From positions 10,726 to 74,725 of the forward strand of contig CACJFE010000005.1 of NCBI GenBank assembly GCA_902592655.1: 64,000 bases of DNA, in the 5' to 3' direction. Position numbers and translations under genes: made by a program. Shown here piece by piece: positions 40,761 through 52,452 of this stretch. Every line of letters starts with the position of its first letter. Position 1 is the stretch's first letter. Source of the DNA: an uncultured Pelagibacteraceae bacterium. GTDB taxonomy: Bacteria; Pseudomonadota; Alphaproteobacteria; Pelagibacterales; Pelagibacteraceae. The notes beneath the pieces are model-generated. The model made no database searches. It saw only the letters and a list, made by a program, of their open reading frames with translations, and was not told the DNA's origin.

Positions 40761-42544
40761 TTTTTTTTAGTCTCTATTTTAATATTCAATTCTTTTAATT
40801 GCTTGCCATCCACTTTGGTAGGAGCTCCCATCATTAGATCTTGTGCATTTTGGTTCATCGGAAACAATGTTACTTCTCTAATATTTTGTACACCTGCTAG
40901 TAACATCACTATTCTATCAATTCCCGGAGCTATACCTCCATGTGGGGGTGCACCATAACTTAGAGCATTTATCATTCCGCTAAATTTTTCTTTTACCTCA
41001 TTTTTGTCATACCCAACAATTGAGAAAAGTTTATACATTAATTCAGGTATATGATTTCTAATTGCTCCGGATGATAACTCTACTCCATTACAAACTATGT
41101 CATATTGAAATGCTTTCATCTCCAATGGTTTATTAAAGTTTAATTGTTTTATATCTCCCTGAGGCATTGAAAAAGGATTGTGACTGAATTCAATTTTTTT
41201 TGTCACTTGGTTTCTTTCGAACATTGGATAATCTACTATCCAACAAAACGCAAATTGATTATCATCAATAAGCTCTAAATCCAAAGCAATTTTATTTCTA
41301 GCCGTCGATAAAAATTTTATTATCTCATTTTGCTCACCACATGCTAAAAAGATTGTATCCCCAACTGATGAATTAGTAATTTTCATTATTTCTTTAATAG
41401 CCTCCTCGCTAAAAAATTTACCGACTGGGCCTTTACCGGATAGATTTTGGTCTTTTTCAATAGTAAAATATGCTAATCCAGATGCGCCTTGCTCTTTTGC
41501 CCATTTATCGATGTTATCAAAAAAACTTCTTGGCTTATTCTTCGTATTTTTTGTAACTATAGATTTTACTACCGCGCCGTCTTTTACAAGTTTTTTAAAT
41601 ATCTCAAAATTTGTACTATTATTTGAAAAAATCTTAGTTACATCATTGATAACTAAAGGATTTCTTAAATCAGGTTTATCAGTACCATATTTTTGGATTG
41701 CTTCATCAAATGATATTCTGGGAAATTTTTCCGATATAATTTTTTTATTTGAAAAATTTTTAAACAAATTAACCATTAAGTTCTCAACTACTTTAAAAAT
41801 ATCCTCTTGTTCAACAAAAGACATTTCTAAATCTAATTGATAAAATTCACCTGGGCTTCTATCAGCTCTAGCATCCTCGTCCCTAAAACAAGGTGCGATT
41901 TGAAAATATCTATCAAAACCTGATACCATAATTAATTGTTTAAATTGTTGTGGAGCTTGTGGTAATGCATAAAATTTTCCAGGATTTAATCTACTTGGTA
42001 CTAAAAAGTCTCTTGCTCCTTCTGGGCTTGAAGCAGTTAAAATTGGCGTCTGGTATTCTAAAAAGCCTAGCTTCATCATTTCATTTCTGATAAATGAAAT
42101 AACTTTAGATCTTAGTATAATATTTTTATGCATTTCCTCTCTTCTAAGATCTAAAAATCTATACTTAAGTCTTAAATCCTCTGGATAATCTTGCTCACCA
42201 AATACCGGGATAGGAAGTTCGTTTGCCTCTGACAAAATTTCAGCAGTATTGATGATAACCTCTATCTTACCAGTTTTAAGATCTTTATTTTCTGTACCGT
42301 CACCTCTTTTAACTACTTTGCCTGAAATTTTTAAAATAGTTTCTGGTTTTGCTTTTTCTAATGTCTTAAAATTTTTATTATTATTTTCAATAACACATTG
42401 TGTAATTCCGTAATGGTCTCTTAAGTCGATAAATAAAAGATTTCCATGGTCTCTCTTTCGGTGCAGCCAACCTGACAAGATTACCTGGTTATTTATTTCA
42501 GATATAGTAAGTTCTGAGCAATTATGTGTTCTATATTTATTCAT
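40757..42544 (-). CDS. aspS: Aspartate--tRNA ligase
   Basis: [41 protein letters not shown]. Confidence 0.97.
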   Translation of the reverse strand: MNKYRTHNCSELTISEINNQVILSGWLHRKRDHGNLLFIDLRDHYGITQCVIENNNKNFKTLEKAKPETILKISGKVVKRGDGTENKDLKTGKIEVIINTAEILSEANELPIPVFGEQDYPEDLRLKYRFLDLRREEMHKNIILRSKVISFIRNEMMKLGFLEYQTPILTASSPEGARDFLVPSRLNPGKFYALPQAPQQFKQLIMVSGFDRYFQIAPCFRDEDARADRSPGEFYQLDLEMSFVEQEDIFKVVENLMVNLFKNFSNKKIISEKFPRISFDEAIQKYGTDKPDLRNPLVINDVTKIFSNNSTNFEIFKKLVKDGAVVKSIVTKNTKNKPRSFFDNIDKWAKEQGASGLAYFTIEKDQNLSGKGPVGKFFSEEAIKEIMKITNSSVGDTIFLACGEQNEIIKFLSTARNKIALDLELIDDNQFAFCWIVDYPMFERNQVTKKIEFSHNPFSMPQGDIKQLNFNKPLEMKAFQYDIVCNGVELSSGAIRNHIPELMYKLFSIVGYDKNEVKEKFSGMINALSYGAPPHGGIAPGIDRIVMLLAGVQNIREVTLFPMNQNAQDLMMGAPTKVDGKQLKELNIKIETKKN

Positions 42545-43197
42545 TGATCTAGTACTTTTTTTATTAAATTAATATTAATTGATTTTCCAGAAGATAAAGA
42601 TAATTCATCAACATCTTTTAAAAATTTAAAGATTTTATCGTAAGATCTATCTACATTGTTTATAATGAAATCGCTAACCTTAGGATTAATTGATATTTGT
42701 TTATCGGAAAAAGACTTTGATATAATTACCTGCAATAAGTCATCTGTTGGTAAATCGATACCAATAAATATAAAACTATTTATTCTTGACTTTAAGTCTT
42801 TGAGTTTAAAATTAGCATTTTTTATAGGTTGAATGCTATTTATAACTATATATTTTTCATATTGTTTCGAATAATTTAAAATTGCAAATAGAAGTTTTTC
42901 ATCAATTTTATTTTTGAAGTTATCAATAATTAAACAATCAAAATTATTAAAAATTTGAATTATTTCATCATTAATTTCATTCTCATTTATAATACTGACT
43001 TTTTTTATTTTTTTCTCCAATATTTTTGATAAGTGAGTTTTACCAGACCCGCTTACCCCGAAAACATTTAACCAGTTACCTGTCCAATTAGGCCAACTTT
43101 CAATTAATTTATATGCCGAAAAGTTACTGCTTGAAACATAAAAGTCATGCTCAAAATATTTTGTTTTGAAAGGAAACTTAAATATTAATTGTTCCAT
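42541..43197 (-). CDS. hda: DnaA regulatory inactivator Hda/HdaA-like AAA+ protein
   Basis: N-terminal QLIF clamp-binding-like motif, GSGKTHL, DLKSR, DRS. Divergent from purM. Confidence 0.8.
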   Translation of the reverse strand: MEQLIFKFPFKTKYFEHDFYVSSSNFSAYKLIESWPNWTGNWLNVFGVSGSGKTHLSKILEKKIKKVSIINENEINDEIIQIFNNFDCLIIDNFKNKIDEKLLFAILNYSKQYEKYIVINSIQPIKNANFKLKDLKSRINSFIFIGIDLPTDDLLQVIISKSFSDKQISINPKVSDFIINNVDRSYDKIFKFLKDVDELSLSSGKSININLIKKVLDQ

Positions 43198-44243
43198 TAA
43201 ATAATTTTTAACCTCCATTGATCTTCTATTAACTGCAAAATTATTTTTTCTTTTTTTAATAATTGAATGATTTTATCAATTTTTCCAAGATACTTTATTT
43301 TTAAAAAAATATATTCGTTATTAAATTCCTGTACGTAAATATTATCAATAAGATCAATTTTTTTTAATCTTTTCTTTAATTCGACTAAGTTTTTGTCTTC
43401 ATGTATTAAAAGTTTCGTATTTAAAAAGGATGGGGTTCTCACATCTATTAAATTTTCGGACTTCACTAGATCGGTGATTTCCCTATTAACTTGTGTAATT
43501 ATACTCTTGTAAAAATCATCTTTGTTTAAATTCTCCCTGTCAACATTTATATTTTTTTCGACGTATTTATCTAATATTTTCATTTTTAGGTAAATTCTCT
43601 CTTTTTTTAAATATGATACATCAATTAAAATATAAGCTAAATTTTTATTTGGATACTCTCTAAATAGATCTTCAAGTTTTAAATCGATTAGATTATCTTC
43701 AGATAAAATTACTTTTTGAAATATTTCTATATTCTCTATTGGTAAAACGAATTCAATTAATTCACTTTCGATTAAATTATTCCAGTTTTGATAAAAAAAA
43801 TTATTGTTATATATAAATATTTGATCATCTTTTTTTAAAATTGGTAATAAATATATTTCTTTATCATCGATCTCTGAGTAGGAAATTGACTTTTTAAAAA
43901 ATAAATTATGTATTTTATTTTTATCAAAAAAAACATTAAAGATGATTTTATCAGATTTAGAATCTGGTTCGTCAGAGGTCTGCAATTGATAATAAAGTAT
44001 TAAATTTTTAATTTCTTGGAGACTTAAGTCTGATATTTTTTTTATATCCTCTTCAAGTAAGATTTTTGCAATTAATTCTCTAAAACCCTTTTTTATAGCT
44101 TGATTTGCTATTTGTTCATTGGATAATTCTTTATTTCTGTCTATTTCAATATTATTAACATTAAATATATTTTCAGATGATAAAACATTTCCAGTTTTTA
44201 GAAAAATAACTAAAATAATTAATAGTGATTTATAAATTTTCAT
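43197..44243 (-). CDS. Conserved exported protein (possibly DUF2066-like)
   Basis: Signal peptide; N-terminal F.V.NI....A...A..KGF..L pattern; lies between purM and hda. Confidence 0.5.
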   Translation of the reverse strand: MKIYKSLLIILVIFLKTGNVLSSENIFNVNNIEIDRNKELSNEQIANQAIKKGFRELIAKILLEEDIKKISDLSLQEIKNLILYYQLQTSDEPDSKSDKIIFNVFFDKNKIHNLFFKKSISYSEIDDKEIYLLPILKKDDQIFIYNNNFFYQNWNNLIESELIEFVLPIENIEIFQKVILSEDNLIDLKLEDLFREYPNKNLAYILIDVSYLKKERIYLKMKILDKYVEKNINVDRENLNKDDFYKSIITQVNREITDLVKSENLIDVRTPSFLNTKLLIHEDKNLVELKKRLKKIDLIDNIYVQEFNNEYIFLKIKYLGKIDKIIQLLKKEKIILQLIEDQWRLKII

Positions 44244-44265
44244 AAAATCTAATTATCATTTATTA

Positions 44266-45295
44266 ATGAAAAAAATACAAAATAGTTACAAAAAAAGTGG
44301 TGTAAATATTCCATTAGCTAATAAACTAGTAAAGTATATATCTAGTTTATCCAAAAAAAATGTCAAAAAAACGAACAATGGACTCAATAAAGATGTAATC
44401 GGAGGATTTGGATCTTTATTTGATATTAGTAAGCTTAAAATAAAAGATCCTGTATTAGTTTCTTGCACAGACGGAGTTGGCACTAAAATTGAACTTGCTA
44501 ACAAATTTAATAAATTTGATAAAATAGGTATCGATTTAGTGGCTATGTGTGTAAATGATTTAATAGTTCAGGGAGCTAGGCCATTATTTTTTTTAGATTA
44601 TATAGCAGTAGGAAAATTAAATCTAAAAAAAACAAAAATTATTGTAAAAAGTATTTTTTGATGGGTGTAAGATTTCAAATTGTAATTTAATTGGAGGTGA
44701 AACTGCAGAAATGCCTGGGGTTTATTCAAAAAATAAATTTGATCTTGCAGGTTTTAGTGTTGGGGTTGTTTCGAAAAAAAAAATTCTTTCTAAAAAAAAG
44801 GTAATGAAAAATGATATAGTTTTAGCTGTACCCTCTAGTGGATTACATTCAAATGGTTTTTCTTTGGTAAGAAATATTTTAAAAAAAAATAAAATACCAA
44901 AAAATTTAAAAAAAGAACTATTAAAACCAACTAAAATTTACTCTAATGAAATTCTCAAAATTTCAGATGCTAGACTAATTCATGCCTCAGCTCACATTAC
45001 TGGTGGAGGCCTCATTGAAAATTTATTAAGATCAATACCTAAAAACTTAACATTAAATATTTATCTTTCCAAAATAAAGATAAAAAAAATTTTTAAATGG
45101 ATAAAAAAAAGGAATATATCGGATAAAGAAATGTTAAGCACATTTAACTGCGGTGTAGGTTTTTGTATAATATTACCCAAACAAAATATATCAAAAGTAA
45201 AAAAATTTTTTCAGAATGAATATAAACCTTATGAAATTGGATATATATCGAAAGAAAAAAGCACGGTAAATTTATTAGAAAAATTAAGATGGTAA
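44266..45295 (+). pseudogene. purM: Phosphoribosylformylglycinamidine cyclo-ligase split by one extra T (sequencing error, real lesion or recoding)
   Basis: 5' part has [26 protein letters not shown]. Removing one T from T6 at 44654-44659 gives ...[24 protein letters not shown]..., an intact protein of about 342 aa. Confidence 0.9.
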
Positions 45296-45852
45296 AAAAA
45301 AATGCTTGTGTTTTCATATCAGGTAGAGGTACCAATCTCAAAAATTTGATAAAAAGGTCAAGAGAATATAATTTTCCTATCAGTGTAAAATTAGTAATTT
45401 GTAATAAGAGAAATGCGTTAGGTATCAAATATGCAAAAAAAAACTCTATTCCTTTTATTTTAATAAATACTAAAAATAAAAATTACGAAAATTCAATTTT
45501 ATATAAACTGAAAGTATTCAAAATAGAATTAGTTTGTTTAGCAGGATTTATGAAAATAATTTCAAAAAAATTTTTGAGAAGCTATGGAAAAAAAATAATA
45601 AATATACATCCATCATTACTTCCAAAATATAAAGGTTTAAATACATTTGAAAAAGTTTTAAAGAATAAAGATACAAAAACGGGTTGTACAATTCATTATG
45701 TAAATGAAAAATTAGATGCTGGTAAAGTAATAGTTCAAAAAATATTTTATGTTGATAGAAAGGATGATATTATTACGTTAAAAAAAAAGACTCAAAACCT
45801 CGAATATCAGGCATTTCCTGAGGCTATTATTAAAATTTTTAGAAATTGTTAA
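45289..45852 (+). CDS. purN: Phosphoribosylglycinamide formyltransferase
   Basis: ISGRGTN, LAGFMKI, NIHPSLLP, GCTIH, LDAG. Confidence 0.96.
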   Translation: MVKKNACVFISGRGTNLKNLIKRSREYNFPISVKLVICNKRNALGIKYAKKNSIPFILINTKNKNYENSILYKLKVFKIELVCLAGFMKIISKKFLRSYGKKIINIHPSLLPKYKGLNTFEKVLKNKDTKTGCTIHYVNEKLDAGKVIVQKIFYVDRKDDIITLKKKTQNLEYQAFPEAIIKIFRNC

Positions 45853-46259
45853 TTTTTAAAAAAAAAATCAATTTCTTTGACAGCGTTTTCTTTTGAGTCT
45901 GACCCATGCACAGAATTTTTATCAATTGAGATACCAAAAAGTTGTCTAATTGTATTTTTTTCAGCTTTCTTTGGATCCGTAGCCCCCATTATTTTTCTAT
46001 TATTAGCTATGGCGTTTTCACCTTCCAATATCATAGCCACTATAGGACCAGATGATAGGTAAGAGCATAAATCATTATAAAAAGGCTTAGACTGATGGAC
46101 TTTATAAAATTCTGCCGCTTCATCCTTTGAAATATGAATCTTTTTTGTTTCTTTAATTTTTAACTTTTTTGAAATAAATATTTCTTTAATTTTATCAGTA
46201 AGGTTTCTTTCTACAGCATCTGGTTTAATTATAGATAGAGTTTGCTCCGTATTACTCAT
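45849..46259 (-). CDS. ndk: Nucleoside diphosphate kinase
   Basis: TLSIIKPDA, GATDP, NSVHGSDS. Confidence 0.97.
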   Translation of the reverse strand: MSNTEQTLSIIKPDAVERNLTDKIKEIFISKKLKIKETKKIHISKDEAAEFYKVHQSKPFYNDLCSYLSSGPIVAMILEGENAIANNRKIMGATDPKKAEKNTIRQLFGISIDKNSVHGSDSKENAVKEIDFFFKN

Positions 46260-47709
46260 AATCTTTTTCTACTAATTGATTTAATAATCTCACTCCAAAA
46301 CCAGTTGCGCCACCCGAGTTCAATGCTCCTCCGTATTTTGAAAAAGCCATACCTGCAATATCTAAATGTGCCCAAGGAGTTTTATTAATAATAAACCTTT
46401 TTAAAAATTGAGCAGCAGTTGTTGAGCCAGCGCCTCCTACATAATTTATGTTTTGAACATCAGCATTTTTGGAATCCATAAGTTTATCATAATTTTTATG
46501 TAGTGGCATTCTCCACACTTTTTCATTAACAATTTCTCCAGCTTCAAAAATCTGTTTTGATAATTTGTCATCATTAGAAAAAAGTCCAGCATATTCTGAT
46601 CCAAGACAAACAATTATTGCACCAGTTAATGTAGCTAAATCGATAATAAATTTTGGTTTAAATTTTTTTTCCGTAAAAGTTAAAGCATCTGCTAAAACTA
46701 GTCTTCCCTCCGCGTCGGTATTCAATATTTCAATAGTTTTACCACTGTAAGATTTTACTATATCTCCAGGCCTTTGTGCATTACCACTAACCATATTTTC
46801 CACAAGCCCAACTACCCCAACGGCATTGATTTTAGCTTTTCTTAATGCGAGACTTTTCATTAGTCCAACAACAGCCGCTGATCCTGCCATATCGTAAGTC
46901 ATGTCTTCCATAAACTTAGCGGGCTTAAGTGAATACCCTCCTGTATCAAAACAGACACCTTTTCCAACAAACGCTAAAGGCTTAGAATTATTTTTTGCTC
47001 CATTCCATTCCATCGTAACAAGATACGATCCTCTTACACTTCCTTGCCCAACACCTAGCAAGGCATGCATTTCAAGTTTTTTTAATTTTTTTTCATCGTA
47101 AATATTTATTTTTAGGCCATCTTTCTTTAAAGAATTTATTCGCTTAGCATATTCGTCCGGGTGTAAAACATTACCCGGTTCTGAAACTAAGTCTCGTGCA
47201 AAAAATGTACCCTCTTCCAAGGCTTTAAATTTTACCTGGGTTTTTAATGATGGTTTATTTTTATTACCTATTACATTTATAGTAATGTTTCTTTTTTCCT
47301 TTTTAGTTTTATATTTTTTAAATTCATATGATTTTAATTTTAATCCATGAAGGAAATGGGCTATAAAATTTTCATATTTGCTCATTACGCTGTCAGAAAT
47401 TAGAAAATATTCATTGTTGTTTACAAAATTTATTTTTTTATAAAATTCTGCACCTAAATTTTCTATATCAGAATTTTTTAATCTTTCTTTGATGGATACG
47501 AGAGTAATTTTTTTTTTTGAACTAAGTTCAAAAGTAAACAAATTTTTTTTAAAATCACTATTTTTCAGTAGATCGTTAATATAGTTAAATTCGTCACTCG
47601 AAACATATTTTTTCAACCCATTTACGTTATTCTTCCCATAGAAAAATAAAACCAAATTAGAATTGGAGTTGCTTAGTTTTTTATTCGAATAACTAATTTG
47701 AACTGGCAT
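46252..47709 (-). CDS. pepA: Leucyl aminopeptidase (M17)
   Basis: VGKGVCFDTGG, DMAG, NTDAEGRL, ATLTGA, WAHLDIAG. Confidence 0.96.
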   Translation of the reverse strand: MPVQISYSNKKLSNSNSNLVLFFYGKNNVNGLKKYVSSDEFNYINDLLKNSDFKKNLFTFELSSKKKITLVSIKERLKNSDIENLGAEFYKKINFVNNNEYFLISDSVMSKYENFIAHFLHGLKLKSYEFKKYKTKKEKRNITINVIGNKNKPSLKTQVKFKALEEGTFFARDLVSEPGNVLHPDEYAKRINSLKKDGLKINIYDEKKLKKLEMHALLGVGQGSVRGSYLVTMEWNGAKNNSKPLAFVGKGVCFDTGGYSLKPAKFMEDMTYDMAGSAAVVGLMKSLALRKAKINAVGVVGLVENMVSGNAQRPGDIVKSYSGKTIEILNTDAEGRLVLADALTFTEKKFKPKFIIDLATLTGAIIVCLGSEYAGLFSNDDKLSKQIFEAGEIVNEKVWRMPLHKNYDKLMDSKNADVQNINYVGGAGSTTAAQFLKRFIINKTPWAHLDIAGMAFSKYGGALNSGGATGFGVRLLNQLVEKDYE

Positions 47710-47845
47710 ATTTTATAAATGTAATTTGATAGAGTTGGTTGCTATATAAGTCCAAATATAGCAAATTTCAATGGAAATTTGGTCATAGTTAAACCATAGA
47801 TTGAAATTTGTTTTAGGTTGCTTTAATTATATAGCTTATATTGCA

Positions 47846-48976
47846 ATGCTACAAAATAAAATCTATCAAAACTTTTTTTTAGAAATTTTTAAAACCTTTT
47901 TTATTATTTTATTTGGGTTGTCGGTTATAGCTTTAACGGTAAGAGCAGTAAATTTTTTGGACTTAATTGTTGATAATGGGTATCCAGTTATAACCTATTT
48001 TCAATACTCTATACTAAACTTATTTGGTATTGCGCCAAAATTTATTCCCTTAGCTTTTCTCGTATCTTTAACAATATTCATACTTAAGCATACTGAAGAT
48101 AGTGAATTTATAATTCTATGGACTTCAGGTGTAAAAAAAATTAACGTTGTTAATTTATTTTTGCTTGCTTCAGTTGCTGCTTTAATTTTTTATATATCAT
48201 TATCTACTTTTTTTACTCCTTTGGCACTTAATAAGTCGCGTCAACTATTAAGTGTGGATCAGTTAAATTCTTTTTTACCTACTGTGAAATCACAGCAATT
48301 TAGTGACTCTTTCAAAGGTTTCACATTCATAGTAGAAAAAAAATTTAAAAATGAAGTTGAAAATATTTTTTTGTATGACACAGGAAATAATTTAAAAAAT
48401 TTATCGTCTAATGTTTCTAATACAACTAACACTACTGTAATAGCTGAAAAAGGAGTAATTGATGAAAGAAAAATGATACTATTTAATGGACAAATTATAT
48501 CTTCTAAAAAAAATAATAATAATGAGAATGAAGTTATTAAATTTCAACAGTTGAACATAGACCTTAAAAATTTAGCCACAACTACAATTAAGGAACCTAA
48601 AATTCAAGAAACATCTACAATAACTTTATTGAAATGTTTTACATCTTCAAACATTCAAAAAAGTATATGTAGTGATGAGGCTAGAAAAGAAGTTTACCCA
48701 ACATTAATCAGGCGAATGATTTTGCCCACTTATATTCCTTTAGTTGCACTTCTCTGTTCTTTTTTATTATTAAGAAATAGAAGTTTCCTTTTAAGTAAAT
48801 TTACAATTTTTATTTATTGTTTTTTAACACTTGTGCTAACAGAAATATTAATAAGATACACAGGAATAAATAATTTATTAAGATTAATCTATATATTATC
48901 TCCGATATTTTTTATTTTTGTATTTTATTTTTTATTATCTTACAAATTTACAAAAGAGATTAAAAAATATGAATAA
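47846..48976 (+). CDS. lptF: LPS export permease LptF
   Basis: YjgP/Q topology with DSE.IIL.TSG motif. Divergent from pepA. ATG at 47846. Confidence 0.82.
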   Translation: MLQNKIYQNFFLEIFKTFFIILFGLSVIALTVRAVNFLDLIVDNGYPVITYFQYSILNLFGIAPKFIPLAFLVSLTIFILKHTEDSEFIILWTSGVKKINVVNLFLLASVAALIFYISLSTFFTPLALNKSRQLLSVDQLNSFLPTVKSQQFSDSFKGFTFIVEKKFKNEVENIFLYDTGNNLKNLSSNVSNTTNTTVIAEKGVIDERKMILFNGQIISSKKNNNNENEVIKFQQLNIDLKNLATTTIKEPKIQETSTITLLKCFTSSNIQKSICSDEARKEVYPTLIRRMILPTYIPLVALLCSFLLLRNRSFLLSKFTIFIYCFLTLVLTEILIRYTGINNLLRLIYILSPIFFIFVFYFLLSYKFTKEIKKYE

Positions 48977-50057
48977 AATTGTATTAAATTACCTTTTAAA
49001 GAATTTTCTAAAAACTTTGTTAATTGTTATAGGGGTGATTTATTGTTTTGGCTTAATCTTAAACTTATTTGAAGAAATTGAATTTTTCAAAAATTTAAAT
49101 GTTAGTTTTTTTACTCCTTTAATTTTAACTAGTATTTTTATACCTAGTATGATTACTAAGTTACTCCCATTTATAATCTTTATATCGAGTATGTTATTTA
49201 TGCTAAAGATAAGAAATAATAAAGATTTACTTACATTAAAAGTATATGGATATTCAAATATAAAAATATTTTTTATTCTTGCATTAACATCTTTTATTTT
49301 TGGTTGGATAGTTTTGTTTGTTGCAACTCCTATTACATCTTCAATGGTGAAATATTACGAGAAAACAAAATCACAATATGCAAGAGACATCGATCATTTA
49401 GTAACCTTTAACAAAAATGGATTATGGATTAAAGAAAATGTCAAAGATGGGAATAGGATCATAACTGCTTCTAAGCCAAAAGGATTTGAGTTATTTGATG
49501 TAACTATCTTCCACCTTAATAAAAATTATAATCTTGTTGAAAAGATTACTTCAAAAAAAGTCAACATAAAGTCTAACAATTGGATTCTAAAAGAAGTAAC
49601 AGTATCTTCTCAAAAAAACGGCATCTTTAAAAATAAAAAACTCGATGATTATGAAATTACCTCAATTTATAATCACGATAAAATAACCAGTTTATTTAAG
49701 AATTTTGATACCATGTCTTTCCAAGACTTAGTTATTGACTATAATCAGCTTTTAAGCGCTGGGTATAATAAGAGATTTTTAGATCAAAGTTTACATTCCC
49801 TTCTTTCCCTGCCTTTCTTTTTATTTCTAATGACTGCTTTAGCAGCTATTTTAACTCTGAATACATTGAAAAAGTCAGATAATTTTAAATTTATAGTATT
49901 AGGCATTATTATCAGTGTATTAATTTATTATTTTAAAGACCTTTCTTTAGCCTTAGGGCAAATAGATAGAGTCCCTTTAGTCCTGGCAATATGGTCTCCA
50001 GTAATTGCCTTAAGCTTTTTCACTTTCATAGGAGTTTTGCAAATTAATGAAAAATAA
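48969..50057 (+). CDS. lptG: LPS export permease LptG
   Basis: YjgP/Q topology, GLWIKE, LAIWSP. ATG at 48969. Confidence 0.82.
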   Translation: MNKIVLNYLLKNFLKTLLIVIGVIYCFGLILNLFEEIEFFKNLNVSFFTPLILTSIFIPSMITKLLPFIIFISSMLFMLKIRNNKDLLTLKVYGYSNIKIFFILALTSFIFGWIVLFVATPITSSMVKYYEKTKSQYARDIDHLVTFNKNGLWIKENVKDGNRIITASKPKGFELFDVTIFHLNKNYNLVEKITSKKVNIKSNNWILKEVTVSSQKNGIFKNKKLDDYEITSIYNHDKITSLFKNFDTMSFQDLVIDYNQLLSAGYNKRFLDQSLHSLLSLPFFLFLMTALAAILTLNTLKKSDNFKFIVLGIIISVLIYYFKDLSLALGQIDRVPLVLAIWSPVIALSFFTFIGVLQINEK

Positions 50058-52452
50058 GATTCTTTTAATTATTATATCATCTTTTTTTTTCTGTCATCTT
50101 TTGATTGCTCAAGATGTCTTAATTGAAGCTAAGAGTATTACTTTAGATAAAGACGGCGAAACATCTTTCTTCGAAAAAGATGTTAAAGTCAAAACAGAGG
50201 GTAATATAATTGAAAGTGATTATGTTGAATATAACAAAAAAAAGGGAATATTAAAAATTAAGAAAAATGTGGTAGCAAAAGACGTAGATAATAATGTTAT
50301 TAGGTCTGAAATGGCCGAATATAACGAAAATACCAAAATATTCAAAAGTATTGGACCCACAACAATTTTAACAAGTGAAAAATATTTTATTGAGGGGAAA
50401 GATATAACTGCGGATGCAAAAAATAAGGTAATTGAGTCAAGCAAAGATACAGTTGTAACAGATCAGGACAAAAACATGATATTTTTACAAAACTTTAAAT
50501 ATATTTCTAATGAAAATATTTTTAAATCAATAGGTTTAATTAAAATTGAGGATACAGCAAATAATTCCTATAAGTTTTCCCAAATATATATTGATACCAA
50601 AAAAAAAGAGATACTAGGTACAGATATTAAAGCTTATATAAATGACAAAAATTTTAAGATAAATAAAGACAATAAACCTCGTATTTTTGCTAACACTTTA
50701 AAGATGAGCAAAAACGAAAGTTCATTTGCTAAAAGTAATTTCACCGTATGTGACTATAGAAAAAATGATAAATGTCCTCCTTGGACAATCCAGGCTTCAA
50801 AAATATTACACGATAGAGACAAAAAAACAATTTTTTATGATAATGCAGTTATAAAAATTTTTGACTTTCCAATATTTTACCTTCCAAAATTATCACACCC
50901 AGATCCAACTGTTGATAGAAGGTCTGGTTTTTTAGTGCCAACATTATCCGACTCCAAAAATTTAGGTTCTGGGGTATCATTACCTTACTTTTGGGCAATG
51001 AGTGAAGATAAAAACTTTACTTTTACCAGTAAAATTTATGCCTCAGAAAATCCAATTTTTCTTGGTGAGTATAATCAAGCTTTTAAAAATTCAAATTTGC
51101 TCGTAGATTTTGGCTACACAGAAGGTTATAAAAAACAGACCTCAAAAAAAACAACAGGAGAAAAATCACATTTTTTTTCTAAATTTGTAAAAAACTTTAA
51201 TAGTGATGATGGCTCGGAAAGTACCTTGAATATTACAATTCAAGACGTATCAAATGACAAGTATCTTAAATTATATAAAATTGACACTAATTTAGTTGAT
51301 TATGAAACTGATAATTTAGAAAGCTCTATAGATTTTACTCGTCAAAATGATGATAGTTTTTTAGGGATTAATACAAGTATTTTTGAGACTTTAAACCAAA
51401 ATTATAATGATAAGTATGAATATATACTACCAGAAATTACTTATGATAAAAATTTGTTAAGTAATGAAATAATTGGAAATATAGACTTACAATCAAATTT
51501 TAAAACTCACATTTATGATACAAATAAATTAACAAATTTTTTTGTTAATGATTTAACTTGGAATTTTAAAGAAATTTACCATCAATCTGGAATAAGTAGT
51601 AAATTATTGGCTAACTTCAAAAATATAAACTACGAGGCAAAAAACGTAGATGATTTTAAAGAAGACTACTCTAGTGATTTATATGGAGCATTTGGCTATT
51701 TTTCAGAGTTAGATCTTGAAAAGAAAAGTGGCGAAAAAGAGCATTTTCTAACTCCAAAATTATTATTAAGATATGCGCCAGGTAAAATGAGAACTCAGAG
51801 AACTGATGGATATAAATTAGATCCGATTAGCGCATTTAGTATGGATAGACTTCAAATATTTAATAACTTTGAGACAGGCACAAGTGCTACAGTTGGGTTC
51901 GATTATAGATTTAAAAAAAATGACACTAGCAAATTAGATTTTTCAGTGGCGCAGATTGTAAATGAAAAAAATAATAATAAGATGCCATCTAAAACTAGTT
52001 TAGATAGCAAACTTTCTGACCTTGTAGGTTCTGTAAATTATAATGTCAGCAATAAATTTGCTTTAAATTACGATTTTTCAATAGATCATAATTACAATGA
52101 TTTTAATTATAATGAGATAGGTGCAAGCTTAAACCTTGATCCAATTAAAATTAATTTTGATTATCTTGAGGAAAATAAACATATAGGCGACAAGCAATAT
52201 TTTAAAACAAAAATTAATTTTGAAAATAATAAAAATTCCATGTTTTCAATTGAAAATAAAAGAAATTTAGTTACTGACTCCTCAGAGTTTTATAATTTAA
52301 GTTATGAATATTTTAATGATTGTTTAAGAGCAGGAGTAGTTTATAGAAGGGAATTTTATACAGACTCAGAATTAGAACCAGAAAATTCCCTTATGTTTAA
52401 AATTACGTTAACACCATTTGGAAATATAACCTCACCGTCGTTTAATCAATGA
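50047..52452 (+). CDS. lptD: LPS assembly protein LptD
   Basis: FTVC....CPPW, P..HPDPTV.RRSGFL.P, PYFW, Y..DC near the C-terminus. Confidence 0.9.
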   Translation: MKNKILLIIISSFFFCHLLIAQDVLIEAKSITLDKDGETSFFEKDVKVKTEGNIIESDYVEYNKKKGILKIKKNVVAKDVDNNVIRSEMAEYNENTKIFKSIGPTTILTSEKYFIEGKDITADAKNKVIESSKDTVVTDQDKNMIFLQNFKYISNENIFKSIGLIKIEDTANNSYKFSQIYIDTKKKEILGTDIKAYINDKNFKINKDNKPRIFANTLKMSKNESSFAKSNFTVCDYRKNDKCPPWTIQASKILHDRDKKTIFYDNAVIKIFDFPIFYLPKLSHPDPTVDRRSGFLVPTLSDSKNLGSGVSLPYFWAMSEDKNFTFTSKIYASENPIFLGEYNQAFKNSNLLVDFGYTEGYKKQTSKKTTGEKSHFFSKFVKNFNSDDGSESTLNITIQDVSNDKYLKLYKIDTNLVDYETDNLESSIDFTRQNDDSFLGINTSIFETLNQNYNDKYEYILPEITYDKNLLSNEIIGNIDLQSNFKTHIYDTNKLTNFFVNDLTWNFKEIYHQSGISSKLLANFKNINYEAKNVDDFKEDYSSDLYGAFGYFSELDLEKKSGEKEHFLTPKLLLRYAPGKMRTQRTDGYKLDPISAFSMDRLQIFNNFETGTSATVGFDYRFKKNDTSKLDFSVAQIVNEKNNNKMPSKTSLDSKLSDLVGSVNYNVSNKFALNYDFSIDHNYNDFNYNEIGASLNLDPIKINFDYLEENKHIGDKQYFKTKINFENNKNSMFSIENKRNLVTDSSEFYNLSYEYFNDCLRAGVVYRREFYTDSELEPENSLMFKITLTPFGNITSPSFNQ

